Shown in pieces: positions 48,585 to 61,399 of a stretch of DNA of 64,000 nucleotides (the first letter of the stretch is position 1; each line of letters begins with the position of its first letter). A model generated the notes under the pieces. That model had not been told where the DNA came from. It did no database searches and saw only the letters and a program-made list of their open reading frames with translations. The stretch comes from Lama glama (lineage: Eukaryota): contig CM052818.1 in NCBI GenBank assembly GCA_028534125.1, positions 23,996,001 through 24,060,000 of the forward strand, read 5' to 3'. Position numbers and translations under genes: made by a program.

Positions 48585-50215
48585 TGCTGACATGAGGGAG
48601 ACACGTGATGACATGGCAAATGAGAGGAAACAACCAAACATCCATGTTTGAAGGGCTAGCTTACGGAGAATCTGTGCACGGTCCTCTGTTTCTCTTCTGA
48701 CCCTGGGTTTTATACTTTTATTACTAAAGAGGAAAGAGACTGTTGGATTGTGAGGAACAGAGAGCCCAGCTCTACTGGAGATATCAAACTTCTGACTACC
48801 AAAGGCATCTCAAAGCTGTTGGCTGGTGCAAGTCATGTTTGTACGACTAAGTCTTCTTGTTAAATGACATGAGGTGCCAGGCCAAGGGCAAGTACTTGTC
48901 ATTTAAGTAAATGGAGAATTTACTTAATTTTCTGGGTGAATCTTCCGGGTTTATGAATTCAGGGTATCTGCAACAGATAAGCCTTTGGAATGTACTAGGT
49001 TGTTGACTTCTCAGAAAACATTTCATACTTTTTAGCATTATTTTCCCAAATTTTCTGGCAAACTCCATTTAGAAATAGATATGAAATTATTAAACCCTCC
49101 ATTATACCAGAATAGTAGCTGACCCTCCTTGGAAAGATTTTTACCCAAGTGAGAGTTTGATTTTCAGATTTCTGCCCCAACCTTCACTTATCACTCAGGA
49201 AATAGTTTATGGACTCCATCACTTTTAGCTTTCAAACACTCCTTCGAGTTCTCCCTACAGAATCGCTGCAAATTACGATCAACCTAGGGGAAAAAAAGTG
49301 GATTTTCAATTATTTTCTGTTTATAGTTTGCTTTTGTTTTCTTTGTTTCTGTGCATATTTAGAAAATGAAAGTACAGACTGTGAGGAGAACCAGTTTGAA
49401 AAGGCTTTTCAGCCTAATACAATTGGCTTTACGTAAATTGAGGGAAAAGAGGGGCTGGGAAATAATTTATTGGCGATGTCTGAGAAACTACAAGAAAGCC
49501 TGAACAAGACAGAACTTGCCTATGGGCGAGGCAACATTTCAATACAATTGCTGTAACAGAATCCATTTTGTATGCCACGCCAGCATGACCTCCTACAACC
49601 TGTATGGATCTGATGGGCTACCAGCTCTGGTGAGCCAATTTATTCATGGCTCATGAACTGCTGATTCAGACTCTAGGTTTAGAACTGATTTAGTGTCAAA
49701 TTTCTATTTTAACATTAATTGTAAAATCTAATCACTGCCATCCTTATTTGATAGTTTATGAGTGGACTCAAAGGTCCAAAACAACTTATTCTAAATGATT
49801 GAAGAGTTGAATACTAATTTGATCAATTTCCTGGAAAAAAAATGTTTAAAAAATTAGAAACGTAATATTCCCCAAGTCAGTAATCTTGTTGAAAGATAGA
49901 CACAAATAACTTCTTCTATAATGAATCATAAAAAAGGTATCCATTGGTATTCTAAGGATTTAAAAACTCTTCCAAAAAATGTAAATAAATAATTGACTCA
50001 TATTTTTATGTTCTTCAAATATAAAGCTTTTCCACGCATGGTGTAAATGGGGAAAAGTGTTTCCATATTAACAGAAAGAAAAACAACCTATTACAAGATC
50101 ACCAAGATGGATTGCTTACAGTTTAGAATAGAATCAAGTATTGCGCACTTTCCTGCCCTCAAAGAGCTTACATTTGCAAAAATCAAAGACTCACATGTGT
50201 GCAGGAACATACAAA

Positions 50216-50234
50216 CACACACACACACACACAC
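50216..50234. repeat. (CA)n microsatellite
   Basis: Directly visible. Confidence 0.9.
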
Positions 50235-50289
50235 TTTAATGCTCTGTTAACTAATATTCCTCTTAGATTTTATGACAACAGATAACACA

Positions 50290-50525
50290 TGTGCCAGGGT
50301 GAGACATGCTGGAGTAAAATCCTCATTCTACCAGTTGCTAAATGGCAAGGTCCTTATTATTCTTATCTGTTTCCTCACCTGTAGAATGGGTTTCCTCATC
50401 TGTAATGAGATTATGTGATTCATAGGGTTTTTGTGACGACTGAACAACATAATAATTTTAAGTGTTTATCCCAATATCTGGAACATAGGAAACACTCAAA
50501 ATACTAACTATGAATAATGCTGCAA
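50290..50525 (+). mobile_element. MIR SINE with small internal duplication of the core
   Basis: 'gtttcctcacctgtagaatggg' followed by 'tttcctcatctgtaatg'; tail 'tctggaacataggaaacactcaaaa'. Confidence 0.75.
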
Positions 50526-50652
50526 CTATGCTCTGGTAGTAGTAAATTCAGTATTTTATGGAATCAAAATTCTTCCAAAATGTTTTCTAAGGAACTAGAG
50601 GATAGATAGGTGAATAGATAGATATGGAGATAAACATGCAGACACATACAGC

Positions 50653-51133
50653 CTATAGTTCTCAATGTATGGTCCAGGGACCCCTAGAGGCCTCCCAGAA
50701 CCTCCCATGGAGCTCAAGAGGTCAAAACTGTATTTCTATCGAAATATCAAGACATTATTTCCTTCCTTCATTCTCATTCTCTCACATATGCAGAGTAAAG
50801 TTTTTGAGACCAGAAGGCAGAAGCAGATCTGAGAATGCAGCTGCCCTCCATCAAGCAAGACATTAAAAGAGATTTGCAGAGTGCAAAAACAATGCCACTC
50901 TTCTCACTAGATCAAATTATGTGAAAAGTAAATTATTTGTATAAAAGAGGTTATTAATGTAAATATGCAATGGCTCCTCTACTGCTATCTTAAATTATTT
51001 AATAAATAAATATATTAAATATGGCTCAATTTTAATCTCTGATAGTTATAAATAGATATAATCCACATAAACAAAATATCTTTGGTATCTTCCACATAAA
51101 GGAGTCTTGAAACTAAAAAGATTGGGAGCTGCT
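50653..51133 (+). mobile_element. MER119-like hAT-Charlie element
   Basis: 'gttctcaatgtatggtccagggaccccta...gaagcagatctgagaatgcagctg...aacaatgccactcttctcact'. Confidence 0.75.
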
Positions 51134-52002
51134 GCTTCATAGATTGCTTTGTAATCTTAACCATCTATCAAGAATATTTATCCATGTCATGTCACTATAT
51201 CCACATCTGTAATTCCATTTCTTTTCGCCTGGATAATATCCCAAATAATATCCCAAATATCTTTGTTTAAAAGTACAAATTTATTTAATCCAGCTGAGAG
51301 GGGCTGAGTTTTTAGCAGAGAAGATGACCACAGATTAGAGCATGTTTTCTTTGGGAAGAGATGAGAGCTTGTTTAAGCTACAAGGGTAATTTTTTTTTTC
51401 AGTGGAGGCTCTCCACTGTTGAGTGTGTTCAGCTTGTTTTGTTTTGTTTGGGGTTTTATCACTATGTCTATTCCCTGAACAAATTTGATAGCCGTGGAAT
51501 CGCACAAGGAAAATGGAAGGTCAGTCATTAATTAGACATTTTCTTATCAGTTCTAACAGAACTCATATAATAATAATAGCTATGGGGAAAGAAACCAATG
51601 GAAAATACCAAACATAGTTGCCCCTAAGTCCATGAACAACTAATCACTTAATCAGTAACAAGAACTACCTTGTGTTTCACTAAGCTGATAAGATAAATGT
51701 AAACCAAGTGAATCCAAATTACAGTTTCATTATGAGCATTGCTCACTGATGTTGAATTTAACCTTGAAATCTCTAAGTCTTTGCCGTTCCATATGCTTTT
51801 GCACACGAGGGAACAACAGGTGGTAAGTAAGTCTCAGTGTGTTATTCAGGTTTGGCAGAGGCTCACTCATGCTCAGAGCATCAGGGTCTCAATGTCAGTG
51901 ACCCACACAATACAAACTCAGTACAATGGAGAAAAAGCATGTCCATGTAAATAATTTAAGCTTTAACTTGACTTTATTTAAAGGGAGTACCTTCATTTTG
52001 TT

Positions 52003-52453
52003 TGAATTAGTTTGCTATTGCTGCTCTAGCAAATTATCACAAACACAGTGGTTTAAGACAATGCAGTTCTTCTCTTAATCTAGAGCTCAGGATTCTAAAA
52101 TCTAGGACTTAGAATGTCTGCCTTCCTTCTGGAAGCTTCAAAGGACAATCCTTGCCTTTTTTAGTTTCTGGAGGGCAGCAATCTTACTTGGCTAGCAGTC
52201 CCCTTCCTTTATCATCAAAGCACAGCACTCCAACCTCTGGTTTTATGGTCATCTCCTTTTTCTAATTTTGACCCTCTTGTCTACCTCTTATAAGATCTGT
52301 GGTTTCATTAGGACCCCTTGAATAATTGAGGATAATTTCCCTATTTGAAGATCCTTAGTGTCCCTTTTACTGTGGAAGGTAACGTATTCGCTGATGCTGA
52401 GGATTAGCATGTGGATACCTTTTCTTGAGAGAAGTGTTATTTTATTTACCACA
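52003..52453 (-). mobile_element. MaLR solo LTR (MLT1C/D-like)
   Basis: 'attagtttgctattgctgctctagcaaattatcacaaacacagtggtttaagacaa...gaggattagcatgtggatac...accaca'. Confidence 0.85.
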
Positions 52454-52711
52454 ATGACTATGCTTAACAGGTAATTTTTATGAAAAAAAATTATTGGTAC
52501 TGATATTTAGATATCCTAATGCCTATTAAAAGCATCTATGAAATTTATTACATAGATTTCCCAAAGTATCTATGAATCAGAAAAATTTAACATATTAACC
52601 TCATTACTACAAAATGTGCTAGTAAATCAGGAGTATCAGTTGATTTGCCAGAATAGAATTAAATTATCTACGATAAATCTTGGTTTTGAATTTCATTTGC
52701 CTATTTTGTGG

Positions 52712-53505
52712 ACATTTTCATTGATTCTTCAGATATGTATTGAGAATCAGTTACCATCACCATGTTATAAAGAACGGTATCTGCTAATCCCGGTGTCCTA
52801 GTTCATCCCTCCCCCAGCCTTTCTCCTTTGGTAACCATAGGTTTGTTTTCTGTGAGTCTCTTTCCGTTTTGCAAATAAGTTCATGTACATCATTTTTTAG
52901 ATTCCACATGTAAGTGATATCATATGGTATTCATCTTCCTCTGCCTGACTTACTTCACTAAGTATGATAATAAACTAACACAATCATAAATCAAGTAAAC
53001 TTCAGTTTAAAAAGAATGGTACAACTCATACTCTTTTCAGCAAAGAAAGGTATCATATTTGGGGTGAGGGAGTTAACTATGTTTGGATACACATACATAA
53101 AGAAATACCATCATAAGTCATAATACAACAAGACAGTAAAAGGAAGCATCTCAGTGAGGACTGAGCAGTACAAATAGTGTAAAAAGGAAGTTCAGAGAAA
53201 GAGAAATCTGTGGCTGAGATGTGTTTGTGAAGGCTCTGTGGCAACACGTAGGGCCCTGGTGATACCTGAGCTTGGAAGGAAAAGGGAGGTCTGTTGGGTC
53301 TGGGAGCTGGAGGAAGACATCTCAGGTGCAGATAATCACAGGGAGGGACAGGGGATGTTTGTGGGACAGTAGACCGTTTTTGACTGAATTGGATGTTTCA
53401 AAAGAATATTGAAAAATAAAGTTAAAGCTACAAATTTTGACTAGACTGGATAATGTTTTGAATGAAAGACAGGTTTTGAATATTAGCTAAAGATCAGCAA
53501 TAAAG
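52712..53505 (-). mobile_element. L2 fragment interrupted by an L1 insertion
   Basis: L2 tail 'cattgattcttcagatatgtattgag'; L2 resumes after 53021 ('ggaagttcagagaaagagaaatc'). Confidence 0.55.
52780..53010 (+). mobile_element. 5'-inverted, truncated L1 insertion with 11-bp TSD
   Basis: Antisense L1 52780-52971, then sense L1 tip 52972-53010; TSD aaagaacggta (52769-79) / aaagaatggta (53011-21). Confidence 0.8.
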
Positions 53506-53514
53506 ATGGAAAAG

Positions 53515-53760
53515 ACATAAGGCAGTAGAGAGAGTGGTGAACTCGACGTTAGACCCTCTGTGTTTCTCTAGCTGGGTGAGTGCCACCCTGACTTCTATCT
53601 TTCAGAGTCTCAGTATTTCGAGTAAAAACATTAAAAAACAACCACCGCCAAACAAGACTTGCTAATGCTATTTTCATGTTGCTTTGAGGCTTATCTGAGA
53701 TCATACAGGCTGAGATGTTCTACACTTGTATAGCAGCAGAAAATGAAAGGTCTTATTAAA
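53515..53760 (+). mobile_element. MIR fragment
   Basis: 'ctagctgggtgag...tcagagtctcagtatt'. Confidence 0.45.
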
Positions 53761-56604
53761 GTATCAAGTAGAAGATTGATGCCCGGACATAAGGAAATGC
53801 TTCATGTGCTCCCATAACTGTTGAAACAGATGCATATTAAGTTAGAACAATTATCTTCTAGCCCTAAAGATGATGTGAGCCAGGTCATAAAAAGAGACAG
53901 CAACAGGAAGAGAGAGCGATCATTCATTTCTTTTTCTCCTTATAGTGCTGTGAAGAAGTAAAGAATTTTATCCCTAAGTTTAAGAAAAGAGACAAACAAA
54001 CCAAAAACAGGATAAAGTTATGTTTTAAAGAACCAGACCTTTACAGTGAGTTCTCACAATTTGATTCAGGACTCCTGAATTTGGTACCCTCGTTCAAATA
54101 CTTTTAACATCAAATGTATATGATTTTAATGTCCTCAGTTTTGAATTATCTCTTCTATCCTCCATTAGAATGGATAATAAAGAATGGACCCTCAGATACA
54201 CAGGTATCAATTGATACATTTTACATTCCACCAGCTTCAAGAGGTAACACTTTAAGTTCTTGCCTACCAGAAAAAAAAAGTTAAATTTATAGCACTGTTC
54301 TTGTGGGAACTCTTGAGTGGAAAAGTTCCTTCATTAAGAAAAGGAATGTGATCAGCACATTGGAATGTAAATTTCTTAGGCACAAGGGTTTCCTTACAGT
54401 ATTTTAATAGACCTTGACTTCATGGTTGCCTTAATTTAAGAATTTATCAGGCATCAACAATAGTTCCAGGCATTTCCAATAAGCCTATAAACAGATAGGA
54501 AAATATTAACAAGGTACAAGAGATTGCGTTTAGTTTAGATTTTTGAAACGACCTGAAATGTAACAGTATTAAACTAGGCATGATTTAAATTTCTGGTAGT
54601 AAAAAGCACCTCTGAGATTGTTCTGTAGTTTTATTTCTACCCTCATCCCCAGCACACAGTCAATCTTGGCCACCACTGGAACCACACACATACACCATAG
54701 CCCACAGTGGGGAGAGAATTATTTCCTCCTGGGACATTGGGAAATACTGTCTAGTTCACAGCATTTCCCACTTTAAGTTATTTGTTTATCTGCACGTTTG
54801 TTTTGTATAATAATGAACTAAATCCTTCCCAAGGTTGCTTCCAAAGTGATCTGTAGTGTAGATCTGTCTCCCAGCCCTCTATCTACTTCTCTTTTGTTGT
54901 TGATGGGCCAGGAGACATTGACCATTACTGGATGCATCAGACATTTGAAAGTAATTTGAAAACTACCCAATTACCATTGTAAGTTGCTCCTATTGGTAAT
55001 GGTGTTGGTAATAGCCTAGTCTGGCAATGCTTTTTATCCATTCTCCCCACACACATGTACACAAGAGAAAAAGAGAGGGAGCAAAAGAGGTGGGGGGCGG
55101 GGGAGAGAATGCAAAGCTCCTCCCCCCTTACTTTTTTTTTTTAATTGTGTTGTTTATATTCAATTTGAAAATCCAGGAAGCAGAGGGTTCAAAACCTGTG
55201 CCTGTCACTTCATCCAAAAATGAAGGTACAGAAGTTATGAGAAACTGTCAAGATAGTTAAAACAATGAATACAAGATAGCACTTGAAGTGAACAGTGCTA
55301 TATATTAAATGCATTGTTATGATTAGTTATTACTACTAAAATGTAAAATAGGTTTGCAAATCTTCATTTCAAGCCAACTTGATGTAACAGGTTATCCACT
55401 GCACGTTCTATGAAGCGTAATAGCATAAAGAGATTTACCCAGCAGGATCCATTCACCAACCCTTGAGAGCTCTTCCCCAAAGGGCAGGCAGAACAGGTGG
55501 GAACCGGGACAAGAACTTATCTTGAGGAATTCTTACATGTAATTTAGCAAGATAGGAAATCTGTATCCATTCCTCCCCAAGACTCTCTATCCCAGTAAGT
55601 GACACAAAGGGCTGCCCTTATGCCCTACCCTCTACTCCTCACAAATACTAAGACCTCGAGTGGGATTTATATTGTTAAGTTGGACCACACTTTCACTGCG
55701 AAATGACTTCTTGGTAATTATGACTACCAGTTATTGAGCATCATATATGTTCCATGCTCATCTATAAATCCTTTTCTTTTATCCTGGGACATCCTCTATT
55801 CCTCAGCCCCTCCTTTTTCCAGTTAACATGTACACAGTCATTTGTTAACTTATTTATTCATTCCTTTCCCTTTGACATTCGAAAACTCATTTTTTGAGCA
55901 TGAGAGGCAAACTGAAATGCCTGCTGGCTTAGGTTGCAGCCTGAATCCCCTCGTTCAGGGCAGACTTTCCTCAGTCTATGCAGGGCCCTGTGATAAAAGA
56001 TTTCATGGACTCCTGCATCACATCAGGAAACAGAAACAACATTTATAAGCTGTCCAAGGGCTACCAAACTAGTACAATGAAGAGAACTTGATTTCAGTGC
56101 AGGCTTGTGTGACTCCAAGCCCTAGGTTTCTTTTTCATGTTTTTGTTTTACCTGGGACCTGGTCATATGGGAATGGATTTTTTGCACCAGAGCTGGTAAT
56201 TTCAAATAATAATAAAATAAATGACTACTTGCCTTACATACAATTTGTAAAAGTTCGATTCATGCAAGAAGTAGGATTACGTTATTTTAATACATTCAAG
56301 GTTTCTCTAACAAGACATGTACAAATTCTGTTTAAACCATAGCTATTCTCTGTTTTTTTTTTATTTGCTTGTATCATATTCTCCTGAGCTTTCATATTCA
56401 GTACTTAGTGGTAACTTATGATTGGGTTTAATAGATAAGGTTAGCATTCTCATTAGCTTTTTGAACTTTAGACTTAAGTTTTGTATTTTTCAAAAAGTCA
56501 ACCAATGAAACGTTTTTTTAACTTATCCACCTAAACCAAAGCAATCTAAAGGTCAGAGGACAGTAATCACATGAGGACAGAAGTCTGAAGGAAAGTGATA
56601 ACAC

Positions 56605-56825
56605 TAATTAAATTTTATCATGTGCTTACTGTAGGCAAGACTGTCTGATTCAACCCTAACAAACCTTTCAGGAAGTCGGTATTGCTTTTTTTTTGCATCT
56701 TACACATAGGGAAAATCAAAAAGAAGCTTGGAGAAACTCAGTGACTTACTCAGGATAAAAAAAAAACTATTAAATAGAAGATTTGTCTGACATCAGAATC
56801 CTAACTTTTAATAATACCTGGTATT
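56605..56825 (-). mobile_element. MIR fragment
   Basis: 'gtgcttactgtaggcaag...gcttggagaaactcagtgacttactcagg'. Confidence 0.55.
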
Positions 56826-58124
56826 GGCTCTTGTCAGATCTCTATCAGCATGAAATGTCAAGTAGATTCATTTTAAAAGTCACCAGGATTTTCGGTTACT
56901 TCATTATAGGCTCTATTTTCTTATTATCTAAACGTAGTGGCCTATTTGTCCTCAAATCTTAGAGTAAAATTATTCACTCAAGGAATAATTAGAGGTGAGA
57001 CATATTAGAATCTCCGTCTTCTCCCTAACACACAAAGCCTGTCCTGTTTGAAATGGACAGGTAGGAAACATCCTTTGTGAGTATCATTTGGTTCAGTAGA
57101 GGTTTGGTAACCTCCACATCGATGTCCATCATTCACTGAAAAAGTCCTTCCGTCTCCTCTCTACTTGGTGGAGAAGATGAGGGGAAGAAAAGAAAAGCAG
57201 AAAGAGAAGGAACGAACAGGCACATTCTGGAGATTGTAGTTATCATATGGTCCCCAGTCAAAAGCTATGTGTAAAAGACTGCCTGAGCTCCCCTCCCTGT
57301 CATCCATAGGACATTATTTTCCAGGTGCTTTGGTTGTAGGATGTATCGGCTCACTGCATACATCTGATTCATGATTCAGAACTAGCTGATGAATAAAGAA
57401 AATATTCTTTTGCCTGAAACTTCTGTGGCTGCTCAAAAATTCTCTTGGGAAATGCATGACTTTTGTCCATCTTTCATGGTAATGAATTTAGTGATGTGCC
57501 ATGTAGTAAAAAGAGGAAGAAAAAAGGGGAGAAACGGTTTGCTGTCTGGAGACCAAGCCCATCAGACTCACAGTAAGAGGAAAAAATCACAGTTAGCTTT
57601 GCTTTGTTTTGTTTTAAGACTGTGGCTTTGAAGATAGTGGCATTTTGCTGTCACCCTGGGATAATTTCTTTGGGAAAAAAAAGTCTCTGCTAGTGAACAG
57701 TTCTCAAGGTGACCTGGTAGGTTTAGAATTTAAACAAGAAATGCCAACAGCAGAAATGAGTGCTGCAGAGAACCGTGTGAATGCTTTCTGAGAAGGGAGC
57801 ACAGGGATTTAACAATAAATACAGTTGGAGCTTTTGATGTTTGGCACAATTTCCTCCAAGAAATTACGGTCAATTACAGTTCACACTCGAGCACTGGTCT
57901 ACAGTACGTAGGTAGATTTTCAATTCTCAAATCAGCCTTAACAGCCAAGTCAAATGGATTCTTCCACTTCTGCGGCTGAGAGGTGTCAGGACTTGTTAAA
58001 TTTTCTGGAAGAGGTGAGGGGATTTTGCATTTTGGCATGTGTGTTGTGGGAGGGTTAGAAATATTCAAAATAACCTATTGTTGAAACCCAAAACAACAGA
58101 AAACCAGTCTGTGAAAATTTTCTG

Positions 58125-58335
58125 TTAAGCTGCTCATGACATGAGATTCCCAAGTGACCTAGTTGGGTTGTAACCACAGCAACCTTTAAGTAAGGAGCTG
58201 TTTGCATTCCCATTTTACAAATGAGAAAACTGGGGCTGAAAAAGGAGGGTCTTTTTTTTTTCCCCTTAAATGTTCAGGAATTGAATCTACATTGTTTGAC
58301 CCCAGATCCTGAGTTTTTACCATGATGAGGCATTG
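58125..58335 (-). mobile_element. MIR fragment
   Basis: 'cccattttacaaatgagaaaactggggct'. Confidence 0.7.
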
Positions 58336-58379
58336 CCCAGGTACATCTCTGGGTTCTAAATGTTTTCAATATTTTCATA

Positions 58380-58580
58380 CTTGATTATACTTGGAAAATT
58401 CTGGATTAAGCAAAATGAAAAGGGTTTTCTTTATTGCCAGACTTCTGTGTTGTGAATTTCCAAGAGCAGGGTCTATTTTGTAGCACTTCCCGCATTGGTA
58501 TAAGGAGGAAAATCTTAATTTGTTGTGTATCTTTAGGGACAAAAGGTCTTCAGAATCAATCTGGAAAATGACTTAAATGA
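58380..58580. mobile_element. MER103C-like hAT-Charlie element
   Basis: 'ttggaaaattctggattaagcaaaatgaaaagggttttctttattgccagacttct...tgtgaatttccaagag'. Confidence 0.55.
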
Positions 58581-58727
58581 TAGCTAAGAGTTACTATTAC
58601 TTGCATTGTCTTAAACCAAATGCATGATACAAGGAAAATTTCAGTTGCCAGAGAAGGCTGGTAAGGAGAATAGATATTTGTTGAGTTCTGAGCCTCACTA
58701 TTTAAATTTACTGGGTGAATTTATTAA

Positions 58728-58985
58728 GTGGCTTAGTGAGTGATGAACAGCACTGACTTGCAGCCAGACTGCCCATGTTCAGCACCAGCTCTGCCATTTA
58801 CCAGCTGTGTGATCTCAGATGAATGACTAAACTTCTCTGGAATCTAGTTCCTCATCTGTCAAATGAAGAAAAATAATAGTTTTTGCCTTCTAGGACTGTT
58901 ATGAGGATTATATGAGTGAATATTCCTAAAGTATTTAAACATTTTCTGATTCCTAGTAATCTCCATGTAGGAATTTATGATATAA
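58728..58985 (+). mobile_element. MIR SINE, near full length
   Basis: 'agccagactgcccatgttcagcaccagctctgccatttaccagctgtgtgatct...ttcctcatctgtcaaatg...ggactgttatgaggatta'. Confidence 0.88.
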
Positions 58986-61220
58986 ACTCCATAAATGTGG
59001 CCTTATTGAACTGTTATGGGTTTAGACTAAGAAAAAAAAAAGTTAATCCAGAGGGAGCTTTATTTAAATAAACTATAATGCTGTGGAAAATACCAATTGG
59101 ATGTCCAAAGGCTTGATAACTTATAACTTCTCTGAAACTTTTCATAAATCTCTGGATTTACAGGATTCCAAAACATAGACTTGAAAGGCAGAAAGGCCTG
59201 ATCCTGAAAACTGTCTCAAAGCTCGAGAAAAGTCACTTAAATTACCCTGAGTTATGGTTTTCCCTCCTGTTCATTAGAAGAAATTATTCTTACCTGGTAT
59301 TTAACCGTGCTTTTACTATATTTCATATAATGTATGTAATGCTTGACCCATTGTAGGCATTTGATAAACTGAAAATACTCTTATTTATCCCTTTATTATT
59401 GCTAACTAGATGATATTGCCTTTTTAAGTATTACGGCAATTCACTGGCCTCTTATAATACTGATGACTTAGTAGTACATAATTTTCTCCCCTAAGAAACT
59501 ATGTGAATAACAATGTAATTGTCAGTAAATTTATACTCTAAAAATTGTATGAAATGAGATACCAATTCTAGACAAGATTTTTTTAAGTGTGCATTTTACT
59601 GTTTCTATCTAACTTGACTTTCTTGCCAGCTGTTATCTAAAGGAAAATAACACTTCCACATCATTTTTGATGTTTATTTTCTCTTTTAGTTAAAGCCTGG
59701 GAGGTTTTTATCTGCTAACAACTAGCGAAGCTTATAGCTGATTTATTGATATTTTTAAATAGCTGAACTTAATAAATTACTTGAACGTTAGAGCTGTTTA
59801 AATGAAGAAGATGCTAATTTAGGATGCCTCTGCCCTCTCTCTAGTTCCTTCTTCATTCAAATTAAATTTTTACTCTTTCATAAGAAGAGTGCATACTCTT
59901 AGCTCAGTTCAAATCCCATTACTGTATTTTGCTCAGTATGGAAAGCTTTGAACGTGATGAAGTCCTTTGCACCCCAATGCTGTGTCTCCCATATGTGCAC
60001 TGATCACTCTCAACACTAGAGGTTGGGGTTCAGAGTAAGTCTGATGTATCCCTGATTGCTAGGTAGCATGGTATATGCAAAAGGAAATTGGCCCACCTGT
60101 TGGAAGGAAGACCCAGTTCTGTTTTTGCCTGGTCACTGTTTGTCTCTAGATTGTGTGATTCTTCCTCTGCAAGGGAGGAGGCTGGGCTAAGCCCCTGCAG
60201 CATCTCCTGCAGTCTTTGTAACCCTTGCTTTAATTTCACTAACTAAACCCTCTCTTGCTTTGAAAGCAGCCAACATATTAAGCAACAAACTGGTCAGATG
60301 ACATTTGGAATATATGCCCTCTTCTTAAGAACATGTCTTTTCCCTGAAAGTTAATAAAGAGTTAAGTCAATTCCCCCAAGGTAGTTAAATTTGACATAAT
60401 ACCAAAAACACACTGCTGCATTCTGGGTAGACTTTTAAAATTATATCCCAAATTCCTTCATAGTTTATTAAGTTTCTAAAATCAATCTTATAACTACTAA
60501 TTAATAATTTTGTTTTGACAACTCTATATATCAGCCTCATGGTTTAAAATTCTAAACCAGAGAAGATTTCTTAGGTGACACATACTTTAGTCACTAGTTA
60601 ATGACTTGACTGATCCCTGATGATGCCAAGACAATGAATTCCATAATATTAATTTCAGTTTCCATCCACTGCCTCGCTCCAACCACTCACTCACAAGAGG
60701 CTGACTTTTTAGTTGGTCATGAGAGAAATGGATACAGGAATAAAGACAAATTCAAGCAAACATATTATCTAGGGAAAAAATCTCCATACACATTAGGCTC
60801 CAAGCTCCTGGTGTAAAATAACAATTAAAGTTAGAGATGATTTGTTCTAAGTTCTATTATTTAAATTAATATTTTTTGTTCAATCTAAATACACACATCA
60901 TTGAATAGTCCATATAGATTGAATGAAATAGATATCAACATATACAATTTTGATATACATATATATATAATTATTGACACAGTATTTCTTTGTTGCTATC
61001 AATATATAATTCATACTGCCGATGCATATTTATTGGCCAAGTGTATTACCGATAAGTACTTATTGACACAATGATGTTTGTTCCCATCAATAAGTGGGTA
61101 ACCAGATCTCATACACGAGGCATTAAAGTTCTGTGGTGCTAGCATTTTCATTATCACATGGCATCCTCCCATGGAAATGCCCAGTTTTCTTTTTTTGTTT
61201 GTTTTTGCCCACTAATTTTT

Positions 61221-61399
61221 TAATTTTAACTGAGTTATAGTCAGTTTACAATGTTGTGTCAATTTCCAGTGTACACAACAGTTTTTGAGTCATACGTGAA
61301 TATATATTCATTTTCGTATTATTTTTCATCATGAGCTACTACAAGATTTTGAATATATTTCCCTGTGCTATACAGTATAAACTCATTTATCTATTCTAT
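61221..61399 (-). mobile_element. Young L1 3' end (camelid-type), ~180 bp, with TSD
   Basis: Same 3'UTR family; TSD cactaattttt (61210-20) / cacttattttt (61400-10) ending at a TTTTT/AA endonuclease site. Confidence 0.88.

Noticed and set aside
51233..51256. 12-bp tandem duplication ataatatcccaa x2
   Set aside because: Ordinary slippage duplication
54960..55015. ATTACCA/TGGTAAT inverted repeat as a pre-miRNA
   Set aside because: Stem too short and mismatched for a Drosha substrate; no known miRNA recognised
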